A stretch of DNA of 64,000 bases from Pristiophorus japonicus (GCF_044704955.1 NW_027250725.1:1-64000); one strand, 5' to 3'. Shown: positions 25,800 through 38,211, counted from the stretch's first letter. Numbers and translations are program-made. The notes: generated from the sequence alone by a model not told the origin.

Positions 25800-25901
25800 A
25801 ATGCTGGAAATACTCAGCAGGCCAGGCAGCATCCATGGAGAGAGACAGAGTTAATGTTTCAGCTCAAGATGCTGCCTGACCTGCTGAGTATTTCCAGCAT
25901 T
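25800..25901. repeat. 34-bp inverted repeat (Penelope-associated palindromic repeat remnant)
   Basis: aatgctggaaatactcagcaggccaggcagcatc ... gatgctgcctgacctgctgagtatttccagcatt, one mismatch. Confidence 0.7.
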
Positions 25902-27693
25902 TACTGCCTTTATTTCAGATTTCCAGCTTCTGCTCGCAAAGGGAGGAGGAGGAAGTGGAAGGAAGGAGGCAACCCAGACAGCCGCTTTCTGGCCGGGATA
26001 TCTGGGATCGAATCATCGCCTGTGGTCCCAGTGACCACAACCCCAATCCCCTTTCAGCATTAGTCCCACACCTTACCGTCCCTCTGTTACTGACCATCAC
26101 AGCGTCCTCTTGGCCACAATGCTGAAATAAAAGCCCCCACAAAGCAAACTTTTCAATCCAACTTTATCCATATCTGCATCCAATAATACATCAAAAGATC
26201 AACTGATCGCCATTAGTCACTGTCTTGTGTGTGTCTTTGCCTATCGTACTGATGTCACGCAGTGCTACCCCAGGGGCTGCAGCAGGGCTGCTGGAAGGCT
26301 GCTGACTTTCAGTGGGGGACACTGCAGATGGCCTTGCTGGTCGACCTTGAGGAGCGGGTGGCTGGGAGTGAGAAATCGAGTGATGGTGTGCCTTCACTCT
26401 CCTCTCGCTCTGCTTGGTCACCCGTGGGCTGGGCAGGCTGGATTTGGGTGTGTGAAATGAGGAAGGGTGGAGTTGTGGTGAGGGGAGGCGGGAAAGCAAG
26501 AGCTGCCTGCTTACACCCTGCACACCTTGTAAATTAGAAGCGATTCTAATTCTGAGGGGGGAAGTGGGACGTGAGAAGGAAGATAACGTACGAGGATACC
26601 AGCATCTTATATCTCAGCCATGCCCCTGCCAAGAATGGCCTACAGCGTCTTCTCCAAGGGGGTGAGGTGAGGCTGGGACTGGGAGGTGTGCCTGGTGTTT
26701 GGTACAGATTGTTGGTACGTGAGCGATTGTGGGGGGCAGGGGGTCGGACATTGAGCAGTGTGCGAGGTTAGTGGTGCAGTTGGTAGGAGACGGCTTTTGA
26801 AGATGCTCGACCTGACCTTGACCAGTGGTCTGAGGGCATGAAACTTCTGTGGGCAGTGGTGCCAGATGGTGGGGGCGACATTGCATCCAATATTAGATCA
26901 AAAAGCCCACTAATCCCCCTGTGCATTCCCTTGGTGTCTGCCTTGTGTGTGTCTTTGCCTGTCCGAGTGCTCCTATGCACTGATACCCCAGGGGCTGCAG
27001 CATGGCTGCTGGAAGGCTGCTGACTTTCAGTTGGGGAGACTGGTGATGGCCTTGGAGAGCGACCTCGAGCAGCTCTGGGCCTGGAAGGCCCGGCTGCGGA
27101 CTGTACCACCTCGGCCTTGGCGGCAGCAGTCTGGGCTGGCTGGCTGACAGACAACAGCATCGACACTGGCGGAGTGGCAGTGGTGGGATTAGAAATGCTG
27201 TCATTCTGAGAGAGGGCAGTAGGTTTGTGCACCACGGAGCCACTGCCACTCCCCTGGGGGGAGGGGGCGCATCATTCCTGGGGGACAGATTACTGGTCTG
27301 CTGTGACACCCTGCAAGCCCTTTGAACACTGGAATTTGCAGCCATGATGGCAGCAGTCTGAGATTTCATGGCGTTGGGTGGCTGCTGCTTGTGCTGCAAT
27401 GGAAGCCGAGACATCGACCATCAGACGCTGCATCATGGCCGGGTCCACAAGGGCCCCAATGGAGTGGGCCACCATTCCGTGCTGGAAAGGATGGGCTCCA
27501 AGCTCTGCACAAAGCCCTGTGCCAAGCTGGTGCCCGACTGCTCCTTGCTCCTTGACATTGAGTGCAGGCTTTCTGGCAGACTTCCCAATACACCAAGCAT
27601 TTCATTGTACATACCCATCAGCCTTCTTCTGTAGCCCGCCCATCGCAGTACTCATCTGAGTCCTCTACACCAGAACCCGTGTGTGACCTCACC

Positions 27694-27928
27694 TGATATG
27701 TCCTTACTATACAGTATAAATGCACACGAGGCCCATGCTTGAGAGAAGGTCAGTCTGTGACCTGTCCTTTATTCCTTAGCACTCCAAGTGATGAAGGTGG
27801 GTGGAGCTTCCCCTTTTGTACCTGAAGGCCCAGATTAGGAGTGTCTCCCACCTAGTGGTCATTGTTCTCACAGTGTACAACTTTGGCCAGATTATACATG
27901 GGTTACAATGCTGGTTGAATACATGACA
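27694..27928 (-). mobile_element. Solo LTR (235 bp)
   Basis: TG..CA ends; perfect 5-bp TSD TCACC (27689-27693 and 27929-27933); AATAAA on the - strand at 27768-27773. Confidence 0.9.
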
Positions 27929-28647
27929 TCACCCTCCGGCGAGCTGGAACCTGCGCCACCCTTGCCCCCTGCCCTGGCTGCAGGCCCCTCGTGCCCGGTG
28001 TCTCACCACGTGCCTCCACACTACCCTCTACATTATACGCAGTGTCAGTATCTGAGCTGGTGGCTGCGAGTGTGAAATGGAGGGACGGTGTGTCTTCACC
28101 ATCATGTCTTCTGTCTTTTCCACCTCTTGCTCTTCCAACACTGCCTGGCCAAGTGGCAGTTCCTGGGTATGTAAAAGGAGAAAGGTACAAGGGGAGGGTT
28201 GCAGTGCGGGGAGGGTGGTGGGGGGGTCGCTGTAAGAGGGTCATGCTTTACACCATCTGCAGCTTGTAAATCAGAAGGGATTGTGGACTGAGGGGGACGT
28301 GGGATGTGAGAAGGAGGATTAGGTACGGCCATACCATCATCTTCTATGTTTCTGCCCCGCCACTGGCCACGAGCTCAGCGATGGGCACGCCAATGATGGC
28401 GAGCACCGTCTCCTCCACGGGGGTAAGGACATCTGGGCGCGCCTGCCCCCCGCCACTGAGCTCCTGCTGCCTCGGGTTCTGGGCCACCTTGCTCTGCAAG
28501 AGAGGGAAGTGTATCGGTGAGTGTGGTGCCATGTGTTTGGGTGATGTGCCATGGTTGAATAGCTGGCAGTATGTGCAAGCTGTGAGATGTGGGCATGAGG
28601 CTTGCAGCAGAATCTAAGTGTGTGAGGGTGAGGTGAAGCTGTGAGTG

Positions 28648-28963
28648 TGGATGTTTCCCCTCATGGGGGAATCTGGAACTAGGGGGCATAGTCTTAGAAT
28701 AAGGGGTCCCCATTTAAGATGGAGATGAGGAGGAATTTCTTCTCTCGGCGGGTCGTGAATATTTGGAATTCTCTTCCCCAGAGATCTATGGAGGCTGGAT
28801 CATTGAATATATTTAAGGCTGAGATAGACAGATTCTTGCGTTATGGGGAACAGGCAGGAAAGTGGAGGTGAGGCCAAGATCAAATCAGCCATGATCTTAT
28901 TGAATGGTGGACCAGCTCGAGGGGCCGTATGGCCCACTCCTGCTCCTATTCCTTATGTTCTTG
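28648..28963 (+). mobile_element. 5'-truncated CR1 3' end inserted in the Myb-like gene intron
   Basis: MFPLMGES..EMRRNFFS.. followed by the CR1 3'UTR. Confidence 0.75.
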
Positions 28964-30249
28964 TACATGAGTCCTGATTGCTAGAGATTGTTGGTAGTGG
29001 GTGATGGGGGTGTGGTGCATTGAGCAATGTGTGAGACTAGTGGAGCAGTTGGTGGGACACGGCATTTGAAAATGAATTCACCGACATTGACCATCCTCAT
29101 GAGGTCATTGAACATTTGGCGGCACTGCATCCCGGTCCTCGGATCCTGGAGTCACTGCCTTCGAAACGTTTGTCTGGTGAAGTCTCCTTGCCCCCTGTGA
29201 GTAGAGAACATCTCTCCCCCTCGGCACCTCCTCCTCCAAGGCCTCCAGTGCAGCGCTGGAGGATCTTGGAGCCGGCTCTCTCCCCTGTTGTGTCATCAGT
29301 ACGTCTTGGTCTAGGTCAGAATGTCTTCCACAGCCACTTCCAGCACCTGCTCCAGACACATTTCACTTGTCCATTAAGAGGTGCAGGCCAGCTTTAACTG
29401 GTGCCAGCCTCACACAACCTTGGGCCCCGGGCGCTGAGGCCTGTAGCCACTCAACAGCACAGTTAGTGCTGGGTGCACGCACCAATCATGTAGGTTAGCA
29501 GGCAGCACAACGTTAGCTTGCTGCCTGCATCGGGAGCTACGGGCGTGGGTTAATCCCGCATCATGATCCTCGCGCCCATTTGCAGGGCCTATCGAATTTA
29601 TTCCCCATAGAGTCCGTGATCATAGAGATTCTGCACCGTGTGAGGGAGGGGATTAAATGGGTGGGAGAGTCCATGATAGGGTCGGGTGTACATGGTGTGT
29701 GGGAGGGGATTAAATGGGTGGTAGGGTCCATTATAGGGTCGGGTGTACATGGTGTGTGGGAGGGGATTAAATGAGCTAATGGGTAAAAGGCCTTTTCTCA
29801 TTCCAGGTATTTGATATTTTGAAGGAAAATGAAACTAGGGAGAGTTCCACTCGCTCCCCCGTGACCTTGGGAATTATGGTTGGGTGAAAGAAAGAAAAAG
29901 ACAGACTTGCATTTATATAGCGCCTTTCACATCTTCAGGATGACAAAGCGCTTTACAGCCAATGAAGTACTTTTTGAAGTGTAGTCACTGTTGTAACGTG
30001 GCAGCCAATTTGTGCACAGCAAGATCCCACAAACAGCAATGTGATAATGAGCTGATAATCTGTTTCAGTGATGATGGTTGAGGGTGAAAGAAGAAAGTGT
30101 GTCCTATTCTCCTGAACTGTCAGCCCATGGGTTTTTTATTCATTCATGGAATGTGGGCGCTGCTGACAAGGCCGGCATTTATTATAAGAACATGAGAAAT
30201 ATGAGCAGGAGTAGGCTATTTTGCCCCTCGAGCCTGCTCCGCCATTTAA

Positions 30250-31170
30250 TAAAAAGCAAGGGACCCAGTACTGAGCCCTGCGGAACCACACTGGATACAG
30301 GCTTCCATTAAGAAAAACACCCATCAACCATTACCCTTTGCTAACTGCCTCTGAACCAATTTTGGATCCAACTTGTCACTTTGCCCTGGATCCCATGGGC
30401 TATTACTTTTGTGACCAGTCTGTAATGTGGGACCTTAACAAAAGCCTTGTTAAAATCCATATCCACTGCATCATACGCACTGCCCTCATCGACTCTCCTT
30501 GTTATCTCCTCAAAAAATTCAATCAAGTTATTCAGACACGACCTTCCCTTAACAAATCCATGCTGACTGTCCTTGATTAATCCGTGTTTTGTTAAATGAA
30601 GATTCCTCCTATCCCGCCCCCGAGGTTAGGCTGACTGACCTGTAGTGACTCGATCTATCCCTTGCTCCCTTTTTAAACAAAGGTACCACGTTTGCAGTCC
30701 TCCAGTCCTCCGGTACCTGGGATTGCAATGTCAGCATCGCCCCTCTCGGCCAGTTCGGTCAGTAGTGGTGCTACCGAGCCACTCTTGGTGATGGACAGTG
30801 AAGTCCCCCACCCAGAGTACATTCTGTGTCCTCGCTCCTCTGAGTGCTTCTTCCAAGTGGTGTTCAACATGGAGGAGTACTGATTCATCAGCTGAGGGAG
30901 GGCGGGAGGTGGTAATCAGCAGGAGGTTTCATTGCCCGTGTTTGACCTGATGCCATGAGACTTCATGGGGTCCGAAGTCAATGTTGAGGACTCCCAGGGC
31001 CACTCCCTCCCGACTGTTTGCACTGGGAGGGACATTGGCTGAAAGGTATGATTCTGTGAGTAGGACTATGTCAGGCTGGTGCTTGACTAGTCTGTGGGAC
31101 AGCTCTCCCACTTTTGACATAAGTCCCCAGATGTTGGTGAGGAGGATGTTGCAGGGTCAGCACTGAGCCT
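30250..31170 (-). mobile_element. LINE fragments (CR1 RT piece plus endonuclease piece of another LINE)
   Basis: EFFEEITRRVDEG..DFNKAF; KVGELSHRLVKHQPDIVLLTESYL. Confidence 0.65.
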
Positions 31171-31491
31171 GGGTTCGCTGTCCTAGCCAGTCCGAGCTGC
31201 TGTTATTCTGCCTGATTGGACGGTTATTATTAAAGACTCAGACCACAGCAGAAATCCCCCGTGCAAAAAATAACTGATGATATTGTCAGATCGGAAGAAT
31301 AAAACTTCACCCATAGAGGAAATGAAAGAGGAAGGTTGTCACAGCTGTACGTTTGTTAATGACATGGGAGAAAACTGTGAACCGTACTCACAGCCTAGAA
31401 TCTTACAGCACAGAAGGAGGCCATTCGGCCATTCGTGCCTGTGCTGGCTCTTTGAAAGATTTACCCAATTAGTCCCACTCCTCCCCTGTTA

Positions 31492-33112
31492 AAGAACGTA
31501 AGAAATAGGACCAGGAGTCGGCCACACGGTCCTTTGAGCCTGCTCCGCCATTTAATACGACCATGGCTGATCCGATCATGGATTCAGGACCACTTCCCAC
31601 CCCGCTCCCCATAACCCCTTATTCCCTTGTCGGTTAAGAAACTGCCTATCTCTGCATTATATTTATTCAATGACCCAGCTTCCACAGCTCTCTGAGGCAG
31701 CGAATTCCACAGATTTACAACCCACTGAGAGAAGAAATTCCTCCTCATCTGTTTTAAATGGGGCACCCCTTATTCTTAGATTGTGCCCTCTAGTTCTATT
31801 CTCCCCCATCAGTGGAAACATCCTCTCTGCATCCAACGTGTCAAGCCCCCTCATAACCTTATATGTTTCGATAAGATCACCTCTCATTCCTCTGAATTCC
31901 AATGAGTAGAGACCCAACCTACTTAACCTTTCCTCAGAAATCAACATCCTCATCTCCTGAATCAACCTAATGAACCTTCTCTGACCTGCCTCCAAAGCAA
32001 GTATATCCTTTCTTAAACATGGAATCCAAAATTAGTGTGTCCACATCAATACCCTGTATAGCTGTAGCAAGACTTCCCTGCTTTTATACTCCGTCCCCTT
32101 TGCAATAAAGGCCAAGATTCCATTGGCCTTTCTGATCACTTACTGTATCTGCATACTAACTTTTTGTGTTTCATGCACAAGTACCCGCTGCACCACAGCA
32201 CTTTGCAATCTTTCTCCATTTAAATAATAACTTGCTCTTTGAATTTTTCTGCCAAAGTGCATGATCTCACACTTTCCAACATGACACTCCATCTGCCAAA
32301 TCTTTGCCCACTCACTTAGCCTGCCTATGTCCTTTTGCAGGTTTTCTGTATCCTTGTCACACATTGCTTTTCCTCCCATCGTTGTATCATCAGGAAACTT
32401 GACTACATTATATTCGGTTACATCATCCAAGTCGTCAATATATATTGTAAATAGTTGGGGTCCCAGCACTGATCCCTGCGGCACCCCACTAGTTACTGAT
32501 TCCCAACCCGAGAATGAACCATTTTTGCAGACTCTCTGTTTTCTGTTAGTTAGCCAATCGTCTATACATGCTAATATATTACCCTCAACCCCGTGACCTT
32601 TTATCTTATGCAGTAACCTCTTATGTGGCATCTTGTCAAATGCCTTCTGGAGGTCCAAATACACCACATCCACTGGTTCCCCTTTATCTACCCTGCTCGT
32701 TACATCCTCAAAGAATTCTGCAACTTTATCAAACATGACTTCCCCTTCATAAATCCATGCTTACTGTGCCTGACTAAATTATGCTTATCCAAATGTCCTG
32801 CTACTGCTTCTTTAATAATGGACTCCGACATTTTCCCAACCACAGATGTTAGGCGAACTGATCGAAAGTTTTCTGCTTTTTGTCTACCTCCTTTTTTAAA
32901 TAGGGGCGTTACATTTGCAGTTTTACAATCTGCTGGGACCTCCCAAGAATACAGGGAATTTTGGTAAATTACAACCAATGCATCCATTGTCCCTGCCACG
33001 ACTTTTCATAACACCTTGGTATGCAAGCCATCAGGTCCAGGGGATTTATCCGCCTTTAGTCCCATTATCTTACTGAGTACCACCTCCTTAGTGATTGTGA
33101 TTGTGTTAAGTT
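31492..33112 (-). mobile_element. CR1 RT/3' end
   Basis: ORFs 32700-32999, 32140-32736 and 31663-31995. Confidence 0.85.
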
Positions 33113-33877
33113 CCTCGCCCCCGTAACCCAGCAAATTGTTCCTTTTCAAGTATATATCCAATTCCCTCTTGCAGACCTGAGCCCACAGCACGAGACTGCC
33201 CCTAACCTGGGCACAACATTGGCATCTCATTCTTTCACTGGGACAGGAAATGCCTGGTGTGAGAAATGGAGCCCAGGGCTCTGAACATTCCCTCTCCTCT
33301 CCTGAGGAAGGCTTCATGCTGGGATCCAGTTCCATGGGCCCCGACAGCACGATCCAACCTCACCCACTTCCCCATTCCACGTGTGTAAGCCTGGACCCTC
33401 TCAGCAGGATATCCGACTGCAGGAGGCCTCACCACTGTGTCCAGCACTGTCCTCACCCGAAATCCACACACAGGCTGCATTGATCGGGTGCCTTTAATGT
33501 GCCAAAGCTCTCAAGACGCTTCACATCGCTGCTGTAAGAACTGGGGGAGCGGGGGTTGGGGAGGCTTTAGGAAGGGTGATTGAAGGCCTGGGTGAAAGGA
33601 TGGCGTTTGATGGAGGAGAGAGAGCTGGAGAGGAGGCGGGATTAAAACCGGGAGTTCAGAGATCGGGGACGAGGTGTCTGAAGACTCTGCCCATCAACAG
33701 TGGGATGCACGAAGCAGCGATGGGTAAGAGGCTGGAGTGAGGAGACCGAAGGGCCCGGGGCGGGGGTGGGGGTGGGGTGTAGCTCAGCAGGACGCAGAGG
33801 TACGGTGGAGAGAGGCCATGGAGGGAATCGGAGACAAGGCTTTCAAACTTGATGTGTTGGGGGTTGAGGGAGGCAGT

Positions 33878-34950
33878 GTAGGTCAGTGAGGTTATGGGGA
33901 GAAGGTCAGTGAGGTCAGGGGCAGTAGGTCAAGGGTGAGAGGTATTCGGTCTGGGGTAGTAGGTCAGTGGCAGTAGGTTAGTGAGGTCAGTAGCCGTAGG
34001 TCAGTGAGGTCAGGGGTAGTAGGTCAAAGGTCAGGGGTAGTAGGTCAGTGAAGTTGTAAGGTTTACACATTTCATGATCGAGGCTCAGCAAGAGGCCACA
34101 GACTGAAATGGTTTAAAAGAAACCTTTGGGACTGTTGGGCGGGAGAAAGATTGCCAGCCAGGGGCAGGTGGTGACTGATAACTGATTAGTGCGATTCCTG
34201 GGGTCAGGAACGAGACCCGATTAACATCGAGACAAAGGGTTTGATACAATCAAGCAGAGGAGCCCATGGAATAATTAGCCGGAGGGGAAAACCAGTTCCC
34301 TCTGGAGACTCCATGTCTGCGAAAACCCAGGCTAACAAAGGATCCCACAAGGTGTGCATTTTTGGATAACGGGGCACAAAAGATAAGGAGTTATCTTTTG
34401 CCCTGTCGATTCTGTGTGTGAATTGTGGCCATCCGAACATATCCAGACCCATCATCACAGCCATCGAGACTCATCTAGATACATTATCTGAAAGGCAGCC
34501 CAGCAGGAGATGTGTATAATCGAATGGATATATCTGTAAGAGCTGAGAACAAGAACTCAGAGAGAGGAACAACAGGTCGAAGAAACACCTCAGACCAGCA
34601 GGTCAATGAACTACAGCCATGAAGCAGCAGCGGGGACCCAACACCTTCCCTCGCTCCACAAGCCGACAATCGACAACAGCAGCAACTGGCTGGAAGGGCA
34701 ATTGTATGTCTTCGGTCAATCTCTAAGAAGTCTTGCTGCGTAATGTTTATTTGGTTTTTGTGTAATAAACAAACAGTTGGGTTAAGCCTAAACTTTGCAT
34801 TACGTGGAGTCTTTCCCGTAATTCCCGAGGTTCATGAATCAGAGAAGAGTGGGAAACCAACAACCTACAAGGTCAGGGGTAGTAGGTCAGTGAGGTCAGG
34901 GGTAGTAGGTCAGTGAGGTCAGGGGTAGTAGGTCAGTGAGGTCAGGGGTC
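33878..34950 (+). repeat. About 23-bp AGGTCA-rich tandem repeat split by a solo LTR
   Basis: Unit gtaggtcagtgaggtcaggggta at 33878-34054 and 34870-34950. Confidence 0.85.
34055..34869 (+). mobile_element. Solo LTR (815 bp)
   Basis: TGTAAG..TACA; TSD AAGT/AGGT; AATAAA at 34764-34769; homologous to 63258-63897 (inverted). Confidence 0.85.
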
Positions 34951-35195
34951 ATATTGGAACAGCACTTGGTGTGAGGCAGGGTATGGACACTGCATTTTGG
35001 AAAGTTGGGTTTTATGGAGAGTGGATGAAGGAAGCTGGGAGGGGACATCGGAATAATCGAATGTGGCGATGAGACAAGCTCAGCTAAGGGTTTCTTCCAT
35101 CAAGGGGCTGATGTAGGGTGGAGATGGGCAATGTTGGAGATGGAAATAAGAGGCCGATGCAATAGAGAGGGTGTGGGGTTCGAAGTTCAGTCTTT

Positions 35196-35455
35196 GGAGG
35201 ACCAATAGGAAGGAGCCATATTTCCTGGACCCGATTCGAGAACCAATGGGAAGGAGCCATGTTTCCTGTGCCCTATTGGAGGTCCAATAGGAAGGAGCCC
35301 GATTTCCTATTCCCTATTGGAGAACCAATAGGAAGGATCCATGTTTCCTGGTCCCTGTTCGGGGACGAATAGGAAGGAGCCAGGTTTCCTGTTCACTACT
35401 GGGGGACCAATAGGAAGGAGCCATGTTTCCTGGGCCCTATTGGAGGACCAGTGGG
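35196..35455. repeat. 41-bp minisatellite (about 6 copies) upstream of the V promoter
   Basis: Unit ggaggaccaataggaaggagccatgtttcctgggccctatt. Confidence 0.85.
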
Positions 35456-36099
35456 ATATGGAGTGCGGACCCTTCCTGTTGTAAACGTGCAATCGTCGGC
35501 AGCTGATCCCAGTAAAAACACCCTGAACCGGAGCGGGGCCATGGAAGGGGAAGGAAAGGGGAAGGGAATCGAAGATGTTCTGAGCAGACAGGATGGGGCA
35601 GTGGGTCAGACCCTGTCCTGTCGCTCCAGCTCACACTGATGGGGTGAGGATCTCCTCCCTCTGCTGGGCCTTCATGAAATGAGCTTTCTGTCCAATCCGG
35701 TCCCCACTGAGAATAGGGCCACAGCACAGAACGGCCCTTAACTGGGGAATAAACAGCTAGTTTACTGAGAGAGGCCAAGGGATGGCCACTGTGGGGAATG
35801 GGGCCTTACTCCAGGAGAAGGTATGGTCTGGGGTCAAGGGTTAACATCCATTGGTGGGGCAGGGCACAGGGAGGTTTACTCTGCATTTCAGTGTATTGCA
35901 CCTGGGAGTCTGTGGGGAAGAGAGAGGGAGAAAGAGGAAGTAATGGAGAGAGAGAGGGAGGGATGGAGAGAGAGGGGGGGATGGAGAGAGAGGGGGGGAA
36001 TGGAGAGAGGAAGGGAGAGGGAGGTGAAGAGGGAGGGAGACAGACGGGGAGAAGAAGAGGAAGTGAAATGTGCTGATGTGGCTTTCTCTGGGTGAAGAC

Positions 36100-36153
36100 A
36101 TTTACATACTGAGAGATGGGCAGTGAGACTCTCTCAGGCTGCAGGTTTATAAA
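36100..36153 (+). promoter_or_regulatory. IgL V promoter: variant octamer and TATA
   Basis: ATTTACAT at 36100-36107 (consensus ATTTGCAT) and TATAAA at 36148-36153, about 60 bp before the leader ATG. Confidence 0.7.
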
Positions 36154-36212
36154 GCAGAGCCCAGTGAAGGGCAGTTTATCAGTAAGCAGGCACAGGGACA
36201 GGAGCAGACACC

Positions 36213-36261
36213 ATGATTTCACCCATCCAGCTGATCTGGCCTCTGGCATTCTGCGTCGCAG
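36213..36261 (+). CDS. IGKV: Ig light-chain leader exon
   Basis: MISPIQLIWPLAFCVA(G) with a phase-1 donor G|GTACC; NS4-type leader. Confidence 0.92.
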
Positions 36262-36448
36262 GTACCAATCTCTCTCCTTCCACGTTTAATATCTCCCTGC
36301 TGTCGATTTCTGTCCAACTCTACTGACCAGTGATTGAAGGGCAAATGCTGACACTAGAGGAGAGCTCAGTGTCTCGAGCAACCTCTCATTTTACAGCGTC
36401 TTTCTGTGACAGTGTTTACTTCACTTTCTTTCCCCATTTCCCCCTCAG

Positions 36449-36747
36449 GTATCAGTGGGGACGTCATCATGACCCAGTCTCCCCCGGTGCTGTCAGTGAG
36501 TGAGGGACAGACTGCAACCATCACCTATACCGCCAGTGCATCCGCCAGCAATGATGTTCATTGGTACCAGCAGAAAGCCGGGCAGAAACCCACTCTGCTG
36601 ATCTATAATGCAGTATCTCGTTTCACTGGAACCTCCAATCGCTTCACCGGCAGTTACCAGTCCAACACGTACACCCTGAGCATCAGCAACGTGCAGAGAG
36701 AAGATGTCGCAGTCTATTACTGTCAGCAATATTACAGCTCCCCTCTA
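36449..36747 (+). CDS. IGKV: Ig kappa-type V exon (open frame, but Cys23 replaced by Tyr)
   Basis: Acceptor cccctcag; (G)ISG-DVIMTQSPPVLSV..TITY..WYQQK..LLIY..EDVAVYYCQQYYSSPL. Confidence 0.92.
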
Positions 36748-36775
36748 CACTGTGATACACAGCCGTACAAAAACC
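36748..36775 (+). promoter_or_regulatory. 12-bp-spacer recombination signal sequence (V)
   Basis: CACTGTG-atacacagccgt-ACAAAAACC; V12/J23 is the kappa-type arrangement. Confidence 0.95.
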
Positions 36776-37169
36776 TCAATATACACAGCGCCACCTCCTG
36801 TACTGACTCACCCCACAGTTATATATAATATATAACAATGGACACACAGCCCCACCTCCTGTACGGTTTTACACATGACTGACACACAGCTCGATGGGAG
36901 TGACGGCAGGAATATTCAGCTGGAAGTTGCAGTGAATTGGGAAAGGATGGAGTGGGTCAGAGAGGAATTGGGGCTGTGTCTTCATCACTGAGAATCTCAC
37001 AGCTCTACTCTGTACATTCAGACAGCACGGAGACACTGGGTGGTCCCTGTGTCCTCAATCCAAATCATCTCACAAACCCCCCACTATTGAGAGGGCCACA
37101 ACTTATAAAACCCAAAGCATAAACATGAAAGGAAAGTGAACAAGTGAAATGTTCGTGCTCTTTCCCTGC

Positions 37170-37590
37170 CCACCCCACACTCCAGGCCCTGCGGTGCCCA
37201 CTCGTCGCAGAAGGCCTCAGGTCTACCCTGGGCTCCGTCTCCAGGGCCACCCAGATGCAGACAAATCCCCCGAAGGGAGGCAGGCAGGCAGTGCGACCAG
37301 CCCATGGGCTCCGTGCAACTGGGACCTGTGGATGGCCACCTTGGGCAGGCTCATGGGGAGGCCCACGGGGAGGCCCTCCGACCTGCCCGCTCCCCCCTCA
37401 CCGAGTGGCCAGACCCAGGAGCAGGCCCATGGGGAGGCCCTCTGACCTGCCCGCTCCCCTCGCATCAGGTGACCAGGCCCAGGAGCGTGGGACTGAAGTG
37501 GAGCCAGAAATTGAGGAGCAGCCCCTTCAAATAGTGGAAGAGGGGCTGCATCCTCTCACACTCCACGTACACACGGTTCACGGACTGAGG
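37170..37590 (-). mobile_element. Tx1/L1-clade LINE ORF2 C-terminal fragment between V and J
   Basis: VYVECERMQPLFHYLKGLLLNFWLHFSPTLL..KVAIHRS..WAPQGLEC. Confidence 0.65.
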
Positions 37591-38032
37591 AAACAGATTT
37601 CTGAAGCCCCTGAAACTCGTTATTTTATAATGATCCCCGAGGAAGGCCTGTATCAGCAACACAAACATCTCGCTTGCAGACCGAGCCCGTTGTTCAAGGG
37701 GCCCAAAGAGGTGAGGCCTGTGTGAAGGGGACTTTCATTCTCCAGCAATTCCGTGGCCCCAGGGTTACCGTCTGATGGGGCGGGAAGGGCAGCTGGGAGA
37801 TTTGTCCCAAACACGTCGGATCCCCAACTTTCCCGGGTACTGCCACAGGCAACTTGGAGAGGCAGGGAGGGAGAGTGTTTGTGAGGGAAAGGGAGAGTGA
37901 GTGAGAGAGAGTGAGTGAGTGAGGGAAAGGGAGAGGGAGAGAGTGAGAGAAGGAGAGAATGAGTGAATGAGGGAGGGAGAGGGAGAAAAAGTGGGGGGGG
38001 AAAGTGAGTGAGAGAGAAACAGAGTGAGACGC

Positions 38033-38194
38033 NNNNNNNNNNNNNNNNNNNNNNNNNNNNNNNNNNNNNNNNNNNNNNNNNNNNNNNNNNNNNNNNNNNN
38101 NNNNNNNNNNNNNNNNNNNNNNNNNNNNNNNNNNNNNNNNNNNNNNNNNNNNNNNNNNNNNNNNNNNNNNNNNNNNNNNNNNNNNNNNNNNNNN
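38033..38194. other. Assembly gap in a GA-rich microsatellite between V and J
   Basis: Run of N preceded by a (GA/GT)-rich tract at 37860-38032. Confidence 0.9.
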
Positions 38195-38211
38195 AGTGAG
38201 GCAGGGACGGA

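Larger units (their letters stand above)
25321..29605 (-). mobile_element. Degenerate PIF/Harbinger-type DNA transposon derivative carrying a spliced Myb/SANT-like gene
   Basis: Exon-like pieces GREPAPRSSSAALEALEEEV..RDVLY (about 29100-29300) and KVAQN.RQQELSGGGQ..LTPVEETVLAIIG (about 28340-28495). Termini resemble GGNNNAATTT; no clear transposase. Confidence 0.55.

Noticed and set aside
25800-25901. Functional hammerhead ribozyme or miRNA hairpin
   Set aside because: The loop lacks the CUGANGA core; it is a deleted copy of a common palindromic repeat.
34753-34761. Perfect RSS nonamer GGTTTTTGT in the solo LTR
   Set aside because: No heptamer at 12- or 23-bp spacing.
36406-36828. 140-aa ORF as a single-exon or germline-joined VJ gene
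   Set aside because: It is read-through of intron, V exon and RSS; the V retains its RSS and J is separate.
37765-37860. Cryptic minus-strand exon between V and J
   Set aside because: Splice-like sites arise from a pyrimidine microsatellite; no recognisable protein or partner exons.
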